Shown: positions 19,266-30,147, counted from the stretch's first letter. The stretch: DNA of 47,980 nt from Actinomycetota bacterium (GCA_016870945.1 VGAH01000001.1:1-47980); one strand, 5' to 3'. Program-made: numbers and translations. Notes: generated from the sequence alone by a model not told the origin.

Positions 19266-19733
19266 ATCAGCAAGCGCGGCGGTCGGCGGCACGGTAAGTA
19301 GCGAAAGAGAAAGTTCACCCGCTTTTTCAAACAAGAAATCAACCTTCACATAAGAACTTTCAGCAGGCGCAAAACCGACTAAATCAATCTGAGGTTGTAA
19401 GTCTGGCCCCACCACAACAGCTCTTGCTGGTGGGATTTCTAGGGCGCCTTGGTAGTCGGTGACGATGTCTTGTGGCGTTGGCCCACTAACGGTCACACCT
19501 AACAATCGATCTGGTTCGCTGCCAGTGTTTATGAAAGTTGCTAACAGTTTTGCGGTGTTGTCACCAGTGACCACGATCATCGCGTTTTGAACGTCTATGG
19601 CACCAACCGATGAGTAGATGCCTGAGTTAGCTGGTTGAGTTTGCATTGTCGAAGCTGTAAAGCCGGCACCGCAGCCAGCGGTAAACATTGGTAGCAATAA
19701 TGATGCAGCGATTATCACTTTCTTCTGGCGCAC
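19254..19733 (-). CDS. lpqE: LpqE-like lipoprotein
   Basis: Signal peptide with lipobox (LLLPMFTAGCG). It is divergent from carD, as lpqE is in mycobacteria. No His/Met copper-binding motif is present. Confidence 0.65.
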   Translation of the reverse strand: MRQKKVIIAASLLLPMFTAGCGAGFTASTMQTQPANSGIYSSVGAIDVQNAMIVVTGDNTAKLLATFINTGSEPDRLLGVTVSGPTPQDIVTDYQGALEIPPARAVVVGPDLQPQIDLVGFAPAESSYVKVDFLFEKAGELSLSLLTVPPTAALADLAD

Positions 19734-19858
19734 GAGTCGAGGTTAAGGGGTATACCCCTGCGTTAAGCAAATCCAAAATGATGTGGTAAACTTCACGAAA
19801 ACCGCAGAAAACAACATCAATCCATGCGTTTGGTGTCTTTTAAGAGAGAGCGTGTTTC

Positions 19859-20341
19859 ATGGGTTTCAAAGTCGGTCAAGTAGTCGTTTACCCGCACCAC
19901 GGCGCAGCGACAATCAAGTCAATCAAGATGGTCAAGGTTGGTGGTAAACGTCGTGAGTACTTGACTCTGCACATCGAGCAGGGCGATCTGACGGTTCAGG
20001 TGCCTGCTGAGAATCTCGATTTGGTTGGTGTGCGAAACGTCGTGAATAAAGCAGGTGTTGAGAAGGTCTTTAATGTTTTGCGCGAACCGTATAAAGAAGA
20101 GCCTACGAATTGGTCGCGTCGCTACAAGGCGAATGTCGAAAAACTAGCCTCAGGCGATGTAATCAAAGTCGCCGAGGTTGTTCGTGACCTTTCGCGCCGA
20201 GATGAGAATAAGGGCCTTTCTGCAGGTGAAAAGAGAATGCTTGCTAAAGCTCGACAGATTTTGGTCAGCGAATTGGCTCTGGCTGAGCGAACTGATGAAA
20301 GCAAAGCCGAACAGAAGATAGACGCAGTCTTCGCCTCCTGA
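19859..20341 (+). CDS. carD: CarD-family RNA-polymerase-binding transcriptional regulator
   Basis: 160 aa. [17 protein letters not shown]... N-terminal Tudor-like domain plus a helical C-terminal domain containing W (NWSRRYKAN). Confidence 0.95.
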   Translation: MGFKVGQVVVYPHHGAATIKSIKMVKVGGKRREYLTLHIEQGDLTVQVPAENLDLVGVRNVVNKAGVEKVFNVLREPYKEEPTNWSRRYKANVEKLASGDVIKVAEVVRDLSRRDENKGLSAGEKRMLAKARQILVSELALAERTDESKAEQKIDAVFAS

Positions 20342-20366
20342 GTCGACTACGCCAAGAACTTCGGTA

Positions 20367-21020
20367 ATTCTCGCCGCCGCTGGTCGCGGCGAGCGACTTG
20401 GCGCAGGGGCACCGAAGGCACTTGTTGAGATAAGTGGCAAGAACCTGTTAGAACTTGCAATCGAGAGCATTAGTGGGTCAGACGTTGCCGACGAAATAAT
20501 CGCGGTCATACCTCAGCAAGCGATTAGCGAATATGAAAATAGGTTTGGCGAGCTTGTGCGCGTGATAGCCGGTGGTGACACTCGACGCGAGTCCGTGAAC
20601 TTAGGTCTTGAGGCGGTTGATGGGGCTGATTTCATTTTGGTTCACGACGCAGCACGGGCACTAACCCCGCTTGAAGTTTTTCGTCGCGTCAAGAACGCTT
20701 TGACACAAGGGGCTAAAGCGGTCGTGCCAGTGGTAGCGGTGTCTGACACTTTGAAACGAGTCGGTGCCAATGGTTGCGTCGAAGAAACTCTTGACAGAAG
20801 CGGGGTCTACTCAGCTCAGACGCCACAGGGCTTTCAAGCCGCCGTTTTGCGTGAAGCGCACTCGAGGGTGCCTAACGAAATCACCATCACCGATGATGCA
20901 AGCATGGTTGAGTGGTGCGGTATAGACGTCTTGACAGTCGCAGGCGACAGCGAGGCACTAAAGATCACCGAGCCACGTGATGTTGAGTTCGCCACCGCAA
21001 TACTTGAGAAACGAAAGTAA
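20367..21020 (+). CDS. ispD: 2-C-methyl-D-erythritol 4-phosphate cytidylyltransferase; start codon unresolved and non-canonical
   Basis: The track begins at GTG 20556, but the same frame reads ...TSVILAAAGRGERLGAGAPKALVEISGKNLLELAIESI... from 20358, which is the IspD P-loop-like motif. The frame is open from 20322. ATT 20367 is the only table-11 start and ACG 20349 is the other near-cognate. The true 5' end is probably between 20343 and 20367. Confidence 0.85.
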   Translation: MLAAAGRGERLGAGAPKALVEISGKNLLELAIESISGSDVADEIIAVIPQQAISEYENRFGELVRVIAGGDTRRESVNLGLEAVDGADFILVHDAARALTPLEVFRRVKNALTQGAKAVVPVVAVSDTLKRVGANGCVEETLDRSGVYSAQTPQGFQAAVLREAHSRVPNEITITDDASMVEWCGIDVLTVAGDSEALKITEPRDVEFATAILEKRK

Positions 21021-21032
21021 AGAATTAAGGAC

Positions 21033-21524
21033 ATGACGAACTGGGTGCCTCGAGTGGGAATTGCGGCCGACGCCCATGCCCTATCAAGTGATTGTGAGCT
21101 GTATCTAGCTGGGCTGCATTGGCCCGGCGAACGCGGGCTCGTTGGTCACTCAGACGGTGACGTTGCGGCCCATGCGTGCTGCGACGCATTGTTTTCGGCG
21201 TCGGGGTTGGGTGATTTGGGTAGGCACTTTGGTACAGACCGCGAAGAGTGGCGCGATGCATCTGGTGTGAAACTGCTTAGCGCAACCGCACAAATCGTGC
21301 GCGATGGTGGTTTTCGAATCGGCAATGTTGCCGTCCAAATAATTGGTGAGCGCCCCCGAGTTGGCACCCGTGCTGACGAAGCTTCAAAAGTTCTAAGCGA
21401 AGCTTGTGGGGCAAGTGTCTTGGTGACAGCAACCTCGACCGATCGACTGGGTTTCATGGGGCGCTCTGAAGGAATCGCAGCGGTGGCGACTGCTTTGGTT
21501 TTCGCACCCGACACGGGGCAGTGA
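21033..21524 (+). CDS. ispF: 2-C-methyl-D-erythritol 2,4-cyclodiphosphate synthase
   Basis: [11 protein letters not shown]...[19 protein letters not shown] is the IspF metal-binding signature. Confidence 0.95.
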   Translation: MTNWVPRVGIAADAHALSSDCELYLAGLHWPGERGLVGHSDGDVAAHACCDALFSASGLGDLGRHFGTDREEWRDASGVKLLSATAQIVRDGGFRIGNVAVQIIGERPRVGTRADEASKVLSEACGASVLVTATSTDRLGFMGRSEGIAAVATALVFAPDTGQ

Positions 21525-22918
21525 CTGACGAACTAAGGCTCTATGACTCGCTCTTAAGGAGCGAACGAGTTTTCGAACCGCTAAACCCGACGCAAGTAGG
21601 CATCTACGTTTGTGGGCCGACGGTGCAAGCTTCGCCACACATCGGCCATTTGCGTTCGATGGTTGCCTTTGATGTGTTACGCAGGTGGCTTTTGCATCGC
21701 GGGTACAGCGTTACATTCATAAGAAACGTCACTGACATTGATGACAAAATCATTCACAATGCCGGTCATGAAGGCTGCTCGTGGTGGGCATTGGCGCAGA
21801 AATATGAGTACGAATTCGCACAAGCTGACGAGGTAATCGGGAATATCGCACCGACATACCAACCTCACGCGGCTGGCAGTGTGCCTGAAATATTGGCTTT
21901 CATCGGTCTTTTGATCGAAAAAGGTTTCGCTTACGCGAGTGCTGGCTCAGTTTGGTTTTCAATTGACAAGTTTCAGACTTATGGCGAGCTTTCTGGCCAA
22001 AAGCCTGCAGACATGTTGGCTTCACCCGAACAAGAAGCAGGTAAGCGCTCGCCCCAAGACTTTGCTTTGTGGAAGGCAGCAAAGCCCGATGAGCCATCCT
22101 GGGAATCACCTTGGGGCCCCGGGCGACCCGGGTGGCACATCGAGTGCTCTGCCATGGCATTTACCTACCTAGGTGCAAGTTTCGATATTCACGGCGGTGG
22201 GCGTGATTTGTTGTTTCCTCACCACGAGAACGAGCGCGCGCAGTCGAATGCGGTGGGCCACTCGTTTGCGAACTTCTGGGTTCACAACGCTTGGGTTACT
22301 ACCGCTGGCGAGAAGATGAGCAAGAGTCTTGGTAATTCACTAAAGGTAAGTGAAATCCTAAAGCGCGTTGAACCAATTGAATTGCGTTATTACCTGTTGT
22401 CGGCTCACTATCGCAGCAACTTGGAGTACTCACCCGAGGCGTTACAAGAAGCTGCAGCCGGTTACAGACGACTTATCTCATTTCTTGAGCGTGTAGGCAT
22501 CAACGAACCAGCCGCTGCTGAACCAAGTAGTGATTTCGTAGCGGCCATGAACTCTGATTTGGCAACGCCCCAGGCAATTGCGAGTTTGCACGAGTTGGTG
22601 ACGTCAGGTAACTCGGCACTTGATTCCGGTGATCTCGCTCTAGCCAACAAGTTGGCAGCGCAAGTTCAGGCAGGGTTAGGTGCCTTGGGCTGTGACCCAT
22701 TTGTCTCGAATTGGCAAAGTTCTCAAGCAAAAAAACCGCGAGTTGAAAATGCCTTGGGTTACCTGATTGATTCTTTGCTAAGTGAACGTGCCAAAGCTCG
22801 AGAAGCGGGCGACTTTGCGCGTGCTGATCAGATTCGCGACCTCCTTCTGGCTGCGGGGGTTTCATTAGAAGATTCAGCGACCAGCACGCGGTGGTCAGTG
22901 CGTCACACACCTTCGTGA
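21521..22918 (+). CDS. cysS: Cysteine--tRNA ligase
   Basis: HIGH (SPHIGHLR) and KMSKS motifs. 465 aa. The GTG start overlaps the ispF stop. Confidence 0.97.
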   Translation: MTDELRLYDSLLRSERVFEPLNPTQVGIYVCGPTVQASPHIGHLRSMVAFDVLRRWLLHRGYSVTFIRNVTDIDDKIIHNAGHEGCSWWALAQKYEYEFAQADEVIGNIAPTYQPHAAGSVPEILAFIGLLIEKGFAYASAGSVWFSIDKFQTYGELSGQKPADMLASPEQEAGKRSPQDFALWKAAKPDEPSWESPWGPGRPGWHIECSAMAFTYLGASFDIHGGGRDLLFPHHENERAQSNAVGHSFANFWVHNAWVTTAGEKMSKSLGNSLKVSEILKRVEPIELRYYLLSAHYRSNLEYSPEALQEAAAGYRRLISFLERVGINEPAAAEPSSDFVAAMNSDLATPQAIASLHELVTSGNSALDSGDLALANKLAAQVQAGLGALGCDPFVSNWQSSQAKKPRVENALGYLIDSLLSERAKAREAGDFARADQIRDLLLAAGVSLEDSATSTRWSVRHTPS

Positions 22919-23685
22919 GTTCGAAAGAAAATCAAGATCTAATCGTTGGCAGAAATGCCGTAGAGGTTGCGTTGAGCGCAGCTGCTGGGCCGGGGGGCCT
23001 GGTAGCAGCGCCTGTGAAGTTGCTTTTGACCAAGTCAAGTGCGTCAGACGGGCGCGTGCAGTCAGCTCGCGATCTTGCACAACGCCAAGGCCTTGTCATT
23101 AATGAAGTCGATGATGCCTATTTGGACAAACTGACGGGTGGTGCAACTCATCAGGGTTGCGTTCTAGTGACTCGCCCGTACGCGTATGCCCCCGTCCAAG
23201 CTCTTCTTGAGTCGCCTGGTGATGACGAGATCTTGGTTGGTCTAGACGGTGTGACTGACCCGCAAAATTTGGGCGCGATAGCCCGTTCTGCTAATGCATT
23301 TGGTGCGCGCGGCCTGGTTATTCCTGAGAGACGTTCGGCACAAGTTGGTGCTACTTCGTGGAAGGCTTCGGCCGGGGCCTTCGCGACTTTGCCAGTGGCT
23401 CGAGTGGTGAACATGTCGCGCACCATCGAGCAGGCAAACGATCTAGGTTGGCAAAGCATTGGCTTGGCCCTAGAGGCCGAATGGTCGATTGAAAAAGTTG
23501 CTAACCATTGGCGCGGCTCGCCCATCTTCTTGCTGGCTGGCTCTGAGGGTGATGGTCTGTCTCGATTAGTCAGAGAAAAGTGCGTGCAACTAGCGAGGAT
23601 CCCGCATCGCGACCAAGTGGCGTCTTTGAACGTTTCGGTATCTGTGGCGATAGCCCTTTACGCGATTGCAAATAGACTCGACTAA
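22915..23685 (+). CDS. rlmB: TrmH/SpoU-family 23S rRNA 2'-O-ribose methyltransferase (RlmB-like)
   Basis: GRNAVEVAL N-terminal domain and SpoU motifs (DPQNLGAIARSA, LLAGSEGDGLS, IPHRDQVASLNVSVS). GTG 22915 forms a GTGA overlap with the cysS stop. The track start at 22891 is an alternative. Confidence 0.85.
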   Translation: MSSKENQDLIVGRNAVEVALSAAAGPGGLVAAPVKLLLTKSSASDGRVQSARDLAQRQGLVINEVDDAYLDKLTGGATHQGCVLVTRPYAYAPVQALLESPGDDEILVGLDGVTDPQNLGAIARSANAFGARGLVIPERRSAQVGATSWKASAGAFATLPVARVVNMSRTIEQANDLGWQSIGLALEAEWSIEKVANHWRGSPIFLLAGSEGDGLSRLVREKCVQLARIPHRDQVASLNVSVSVAIALYAIANRLD

Positions 23686-23689
23686 ATAC

Positions 23690-23765
23690 GCCGACGTGGC
23701 GCAACTGGTAGCGCACTCGACTTGTAATCGAGCGGTTCGGGGTTCAAGTCCCCGCGTCGGCTCCA
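23690..23765 (+). tRNA. tRNA-Thr (TGT), CCA encoded
   Basis: GCCGACGTGGCGCAACTGGTAGCGCACTCGACTTGTAATCGAGCGGTTCGGGGTTCAAGTCCCCGCGTCGGCTCCA. Anticodon loop is CTTGTAA and the acceptor stem is 7 bp. Confidence 0.95.
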
Positions 23766-23766
23766 A

Positions 23767-24249
23767 TTGAAACCGAGCCAAGCAGACGAGGCAGCGATTC
23801 GCGCCCTCTTGGGCCTGACACCGACGGGCGATGCAGAAGACGTGCCGGTGGTCGCTGGGCTATTTGATCGAGAAGGTCGAATGCTGTGTTGGGCCAGCAA
23901 CAAAAGAGAGACGACTGGTGACCCGACTGCTCATGCAGAGGTTTTGGTTCTACGCGATGCGGGTAGGGCAGGCACGGGGGCTAAAGCTGGCGATTGGCGG
24001 CTAGATGACGTCACTTTGGCGGTAACTCTTGAACCTTGCGCGATGTGTGCGGGGGCGATTTTGAATGCGCGCGTGCCACGTGTGGTCTTTGGCGCTTACG
24101 AGCCAAAGACCGGCGCTGCGGGTTCGTTGATAGATGTGCTGCGCGAGCCGCGAAACCTTCACCGCCCAGAAGTCGTTGGCGGTGTCTTGGCGCAAGAGTG
24201 TGGCCAGGTCTTAAGCACTTGGTTTGCCAGCGTGCGCGAACGCGGGTAA
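23767..24249 (+). CDS. tadA: tRNA adenosine(34) deaminase
   Basis: HAEVLVLRDAG and LEPCAMCAGAI zinc-binding motifs. The TTG start lies 1 nt after the encoded CCA of tRNA-Thr. Confidence 0.88.
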   Translation: MKPSQADEAAIRALLGLTPTGDAEDVPVVAGLFDREGRMLCWASNKRETTGDPTAHAEVLVLRDAGRAGTGAKAGDWRLDDVTLAVTLEPCAMCAGAILNARVPRVVFGAYEPKTGAAGSLIDVLREPRNLHRPEVVGGVLAQECGQVLSTWFASVRERG

Positions 24250-24277
24250 AGCAAGCCGGCCCCACCGGGGCTTGGCG

Positions 24278-25666
24278 TTAAGAGATCTTTAGAACCTGTT
24301 GTTCGACTTTAAGTTGTTGGCCGGCAGTCAAGTTTTGGCAGACATTCTTGAAGTCGCACGCCTTTGTGACCCCAGCCGGCACGGTGTAGTTGCCAGGCCC
24401 ACTAATTGACCACGCCACTGAGAAGTTCTGAGGTGTAGTCCCTGCGCGAGCGGTAAACGAGCAAACCTTGGAGGTTCCGTTTTCGTTGAGGTCTTGGCAC
24501 CCAGTAACCGAGGCCCCGTCCACTGATTTCAAGAGGAAGTCAAATGCCTGTGCAGCTTCTGTGTTGCGATATAAGATGACGCCAAGTTGAGTGGTGCCAC
24601 CGTCTGGAACCCACGAGTACCAATAGACCCGCGCAAGGCCGAGGGCGATTGAGTCCAGGTAGGCCTGTTTGATCAGTTGCGCCTCAACTGCCGGATCGAA
24701 ATTGACAGCCGGGAAGTTTGGCCCAGGCCCAGCCAGGCCGAAGTTCAATTCGGTTTCCCAGATCGGCTTGTTCGGTGCGCCGGCGTCAGTAAGGCTCTTC
24801 TTGAAAAGTTCTATTTGGTTTCGGCGGTCGGCTGGTTTGCCGGTTGAGACCGGGTAGGCGTGAACTGCCCATACGTCAAGGTCTTTGGGCCAACCATCTT
24901 TCTTAAGTGCCTCTAGGTACGGCGGGAAGAACGCTCGAAAACCTTGCGGGCGACGAGTGGTCGTGCTTGGTGCCACACAAAGTGCCCCCGGGTCGAGTTT
25001 TTTTACCAGAGCGCAGGTTCGTTCGGTGAGTTCGGCCATTCGCTCAGGGGTGCCTCGCCAGAAAGTTGTCTCACTTGCTTCGTTCCAAATTTGATAAGAC
25101 TCGATCTTGCCTTTGTATCTGGTTACGACTTGGGTTACGTAGTCGTCCCAATCTTTTAGATCTTTGATGTCTGCCGCAGCACCTGGGCCGCGTAAGTCGG
25201 CTTTTTGATCTGCCGCTGCCCACGAGGTGGTAGGCCCGAAGACATAGAGGACGGGGGTGTTGCGCGCGTTAGCTGCTGCAACCGCAGCGTCGAGTTTGGT
25301 GAAATCAAATTGGTCTTGTAAAGGTTCAACTTCACGCCAGCTGGTGCCTGAATCCCAGAGGCGCACAGACCCGACGGGGATGTTCGGCCATTCACCCAGA
25401 GCAATCTCGGGTATGTGAACGCCAAAGAGACGATTTAAGTTCGAGTTTGTGACTTTGATCGCCTTGGCCTTTTTCTTGCCGGTCTTGGCTTTGGCACCTT
25501 GGTTTGGGGATTTCTTTGATTTCTTCTTGGCGTCGGCGGCTTGACTAGACACCTTGGCGTTCATCGGGCCCGAGCTTGTGGGCGTGAAGGCGGTTGCCGT
25601 GGTGGTAATTGGCAGCAACGCCAGGGTGAGGCAGATTGCAGAAGTAGCGGCTAGGCGCGAACGCAT
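24278..25666 (-). CDS. Secreted clan GH-A-like (TIM-barrel) glycoside hydrolase family protein with a Lys-rich linker
   Basis: Signal peptide, then a K-rich linker. YQIWNEAS is a candidate acid/base motif and WETELNFG a candidate nucleophile motif. A C-terminal domain carries 4 Cys. It is a paralogue of 38464..39810. Confidence 0.6.
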   Translation of the reverse strand: MRSRLAATSAICLTLALLPITTTATAFTPTSSGPMNAKVSSQAADAKKKSKKSPNQGAKAKTGKKKAKAIKVTNSNLNRLFGVHIPEIALGEWPNIPVGSVRLWDSGTSWREVEPLQDQFDFTKLDAAVAAANARNTPVLYVFGPTTSWAAADQKADLRGPGAAADIKDLKDWDDYVTQVVTRYKGKIESYQIWNEASETTFWRGTPERMAELTERTCALVKKLDPGALCVAPSTTTRRPQGFRAFFPPYLEALKKDGWPKDLDVWAVHAYPVSTGKPADRRNQIELFKKSLTDAGAPNKPIWETELNFGLAGPGPNFPAVNFDPAVEAQLIKQAYLDSIALGLARVYWYSWVPDGGTTQLGVILYRNTEAAQAFDFLLKSVDGASVTGCQDLNENGTSKVCSFTARAGTTPQNFSVAWSISGPGNYTVPAGVTKACDFKNVCQNLTAGQQLKVEQQVLKIS

Positions 25667-25699
25667 AGCGCCATTACATCATCATTAGGTTCGTTACCT

Positions 25700-26410
25700 A
25701 TGAGACCGACTGTCAGGACACCTGAACTTTGGGTGATTTTCCCCGTTTTGGCAGTGCTGGTGTTGGTCAATCTTTCTAACAACCTTTGGGCCCCTGATTT
25801 GTATGTACCGGTTTCAATTGCCGCCGCCGCACTACTTATATGGATCGCACGACAAAGCGGTTTGTTTTGGACCGACCTTGGGCTTGGGCCTCATTGGGTT
25901 CGTAACGGGTTTCGTTGGGGGTTGCCTTTTGTAGGGGTGGTTGCGATTCTTTATAGCGCGGCGTTCGTTATACCGGCCGGGCAGCAATTTTTCGTTGACG
26001 AGCGTTTAGCCGAGACCTCTCTTTGGGAGGTTCTGTGGTTAGCGCTGGTAAGAGTGCCTTTCGGCACCGTTCTGTTAGAAGAGGTTGCATTTCGCGGGGT
26101 GCTCTACGGGTTGTTTCGTCGGCGCTTTGGCCCGCTTTTTGCGACCATCGGCTCGTCGGTGCTCTTTGGCCTCTGGCATGTGTTGCCAACGATTCCCTTA
26201 GCGAATTCGGTGCCAGCAATCGGTGACGCCCTTGGGCCTGGGGTGGACGCCTCGCTGGTTTCGGTACTTGTGGCAGTGGCATTTACGACTGTGGCTGGTG
26301 TGGGTTTTGTGATGTTGCGAAGGTGGTCACACAGCTTGCTTGCACCCTCATTAGTTCACTGTGCAACCAACAGTCTCGGCTATCTCTTTGCTTGGGTTGC
26401 TCGCGTCTGA
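25700..26410 (+). CDS. CPBP-family intramembrane glutamic endopeptidase (CAAX protease-like)
   Basis: LLEEVAFRGVLYG, FGLWH and HCATN motifs across 6-7 TM helices. Confidence 0.85.
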   Translation: MRPTVRTPELWVIFPVLAVLVLVNLSNNLWAPDLYVPVSIAAAALLIWIARQSGLFWTDLGLGPHWVRNGFRWGLPFVGVVAILYSAAFVIPAGQQFFVDERLAETSLWEVLWLALVRVPFGTVLLEEVAFRGVLYGLFRRRFGPLFATIGSSVLFGLWHVLPTIPLANSVPAIGDALGPGVDASLVSVLVAVAFTTVAGVGFVMLRRWSHSLLAPSLVHCATNSLGYLFAWVARV

Positions 26411-26539
26411 GCTAGCGCCCCACTTTGCGTGAAGCCCAACCCGCGACACCGCGCGGCGCTTAGTCAAAATGTCGGTGGTGACACCTAGCATGTGGCTTTC
26501 TATTTGCGACTAGTTCTTAATCAGGGCTTAGGGGGTTTC

Positions 26540-26821
26540 GTGGAGGCTGCTGAAAACTCGGTGCTGGCGCCATTAGGTCAGCTGACTGATCGCGATTTGG
26601 CGATCCTCGAGTTCGAGCGGCAGTGGTGGCGATATGCGGGGGCTAAAGAGCAGGCGATTCGTGAGAAGTTCGACATGAGTGCTACCCGTTACTACCAAGT
26701 GCTCAACACCATCATCGACAACCCGCAGTCCCTCACGGTTGACCCGATGCTGGTCAAGCGGTTGCAGCGGCTTCGAGCGGCCCGCCAGCGGGCTAGAGCG
26801 GCCAGGCGCCTGGGCCACTAG
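26540..26821 (+). CDS. DUF3263-family protein
   Basis: [46 protein letters not shown] is the DUF3263 core. GTG 26540 is preceded by GGGGG. The track start at 26492 is possible. Confidence 0.75.
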   Translation: MEAAENSVLAPLGQLTDRDLAILEFERQWWRYAGAKEQAIREKFDMSATRYYQVLNTIIDNPQSLTVDPMLVKRLQRLRAARQRARAARRLGH

Positions 26822-26909
26822 GCCAATAGGGCACTGGGCCTCGTCCAATCCCCTTCGGCTGGCGCTCGGGTGGCCGCCACGCCCCGCAGGCCCCGCCTAA
26901 AACCCTCGG

Positions 26910-26936
26910 TTTGCACTCTCCCCCCGAGAGTGCTAA
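26910..26936 (+). promoter_or_regulatory. CIRCE operator 1 (HrcA binding site)
   Basis: TTTGCACTC-N9-GAGTGCTAA against the consensus TTAGCACTC-N9-GAGTGCTAA, with 1 mismatch. Confidence 0.85.
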
Positions 26937-26940
26937 AAAT
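26911..26940 (+). promoter_or_regulatory. Candidate sigma-A-type groEL promoter embedded in CIRCE 1
   Basis: TTGCAC (26911-26916), then 17-18 nt, then TAAAAAT (26934-26940). This puts CIRCE 2 just downstream of the predicted transcription start. Confidence 0.4.
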
Positions 26941-26943
26941 GGG

Positions 26944-28632
<1,689 letters not shown>

Positions 28633-28700
28633 GGCCCAAACCCAAGGCCCGTCTCGCTAAACGCGAGGCAGTGCGGGTAAGCCGCACAAAATCTGAACTT

Positions 28701-28740
28701 GGGGGCGCACTCTCAAAAAGGGGTGCGCCCCCGATTTTCT
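28701..28740 (+). terminator. Rho-independent terminator of groEL
   Basis: GGGGGCGCAC (28701-28710), a 12-nt loop, GTGCGCCCCC (28723-28732), then GATTTTCT. Confidence 0.8.
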
Positions 28741-28829
28741 GCTCGGTTAGTCTGTGCCTGCGGTGTGCACCGCCACCCGCGGGTTGACTGCGGTGCATTT
28801 TTCGATTGCGACAAGAGTGAGGTTTCGAC

Positions 28830-29219
28830 GTGCCTACCGGAAGAATCAAGTGGTACGACGCCGAAAAGGGTTTCGGTTTCATAACCGGTGACGACAACAG
28901 CGACGTTTTCGTTCACGTAACCGCGTTGCCAGATGGCGCCTTACCCCGTCCGAACTCGCGTGTCGAGTACGGGGTGGCCGAGGGCCGACGCGGGCTACAG
29001 GCTTTGCAAGTTCGAATCCTCGACCCGTTGCCAAGCGTTGCCGAGGGTGCTCGCAAAGACCCAGATGACATGGCTGCGATTCTGGAAGACCTAATAAGAA
29101 TGTTGGACGGGGTCTCGGGCCAATTGCGTCGTGGCCGCTACCCGGATGAACGTCACGCCCAACGAGTGTCAGCGGTGCTGCGCGCTGTGGCCAACGACCT
29201 CGAGGTTTCCGAGAACTAG
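28830..29219 (+). CDS. Cold-shock-domain protein with C-terminal extension (CspB-like)
   Basis: GRIKWYDAEKGFGFITGDDNSDVFVHVTAL carries the RNP1 and RNP2 motifs. 129 aa. GTG start. Confidence 0.88.
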   Translation: MPTGRIKWYDAEKGFGFITGDDNSDVFVHVTALPDGALPRPNSRVEYGVAEGRRGLQALQVRILDPLPSVAEGARKDPDDMAAILEDLIRMLDGVSGQLRRGRYPDERHAQRVSAVLRAVANDLEVSEN

Positions 29220-29235
29220 GTAGAGGGCTAAACCC

Positions 29236-30147
29236 GTGCCGACCCAGATCGAGTTCGATTCACCGCGCGTGGTCGAGATGGCACGTGACGCAATCTTGGC
29301 CGAGGCCGGTGCTGAAGCCTTGGGTGCCCATCTAGGTAAGCGCCAAGTTGGTGACGACAATTTTGAACTAGTTTTTGCGACGCGGCTTGCGGGGTATCGC
29401 GGTTGGTGTTGGTCGGTGCTGATGAGCGCGCCTTCGGGTCAGACAACCCCGACCATTAGCGATGTTGCGCTGATTCCTGGTGAGGGGGCAGTTCTTGCAC
29501 CAGCTTGGCAGCCATGGGCAACGCGAGTTCAGCCCGGTGATCACGGGGTTAGTGAGTTACTTCCCGACTCTGAGCAAGACATGCGTCTAACCCCTGGTTA
29601 CACAGACGAGAGTTCCGTCGAGGATTGGCAAAACGAATCTAAGTTGCTTTGGTGGCAGCTTGGCCTTGGGCGCCAGCACTTGCTGTCAACCGAAGGTCGA
29701 AATCAAATAATGCATCGTTGGTACTCGAGCCCGCGTGGGCCGAACATCGAAGACGAGATAGACCCGGCTTTTTCTTGTCAGACCTGTGCTTTCTATTTAC
29801 CACTAAGTGGCCAGATGGGCACGGTGTTTGGTGCTTGCGCGAATTATTTTGCTCACGATGAAGGCAAAGTCGTTTCGTTCGACCACGGTTGCAACGCGCA
29901 CTCAGAATTGCCTCGAACCAATGCCGCAGCGGTTGCGGCCGCGCCTTATTTAGACGAGTTTGGCTTTGACCTACTTGGCTCTGCGGAGGGTCAAGTACAG
30001 ACCCAGGTAACCGATCAAGACACCGAAGAGGGCTACCCAGAACCACCAGAGTCGGCCAGTTTCGATGAGCCATGGTCGGATGAAGAAAAGCCCGGCGAAA
30101 ACCACGACCCACGCGAGAGTTCCGACGATCGCAACTTTGGAGTCTGA
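29236..30147 (+). CDS. DUF3027-family protein with an acidic C-terminal tail
   Basis: Cys-rich core CQTCAFYLPLSGQMGTVFGACANYFAHDEGKVVSFDHGCNAHSE. It lies directly downstream of the csp gene, as in other actinobacteria. Confidence 0.8.
   Translation: MPTQIEFDSPRVVEMARDAILAEAGAEALGAHLGKRQVGDDNFELVFATRLAGYRGWCWSVLMSAPSGQTTPTISDVALIPGEGAVLAPAWQPWATRVQPGDHGVSELLPDSEQDMRLTPGYTDESSVEDWQNESKLLWWQLGLGRQHLLSTEGRNQIMHRWYSSPRGPNIEDEIDPAFSCQTCAFYLPLSGQMGTVFGACANYFAHDEGKVVSFDHGCNAHSELPRTNAAAVAAAPYLDEFGFDLLGSAEGQVQTQVTDQDTEEGYPEPPESASFDEPWSDEEKPGENHDPRESSDDRNFGV

Noticed and set aside
28741-28829. Direct repeat CTGCGGTG(T)GCA (about 28757 and 28787) in the csp leader as a special regulatory element
   Set aside because: It is short and imperfect. 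Long structured 5' UTRs are the norm for cold-shock genes, so there is nothing beyond that expectation.
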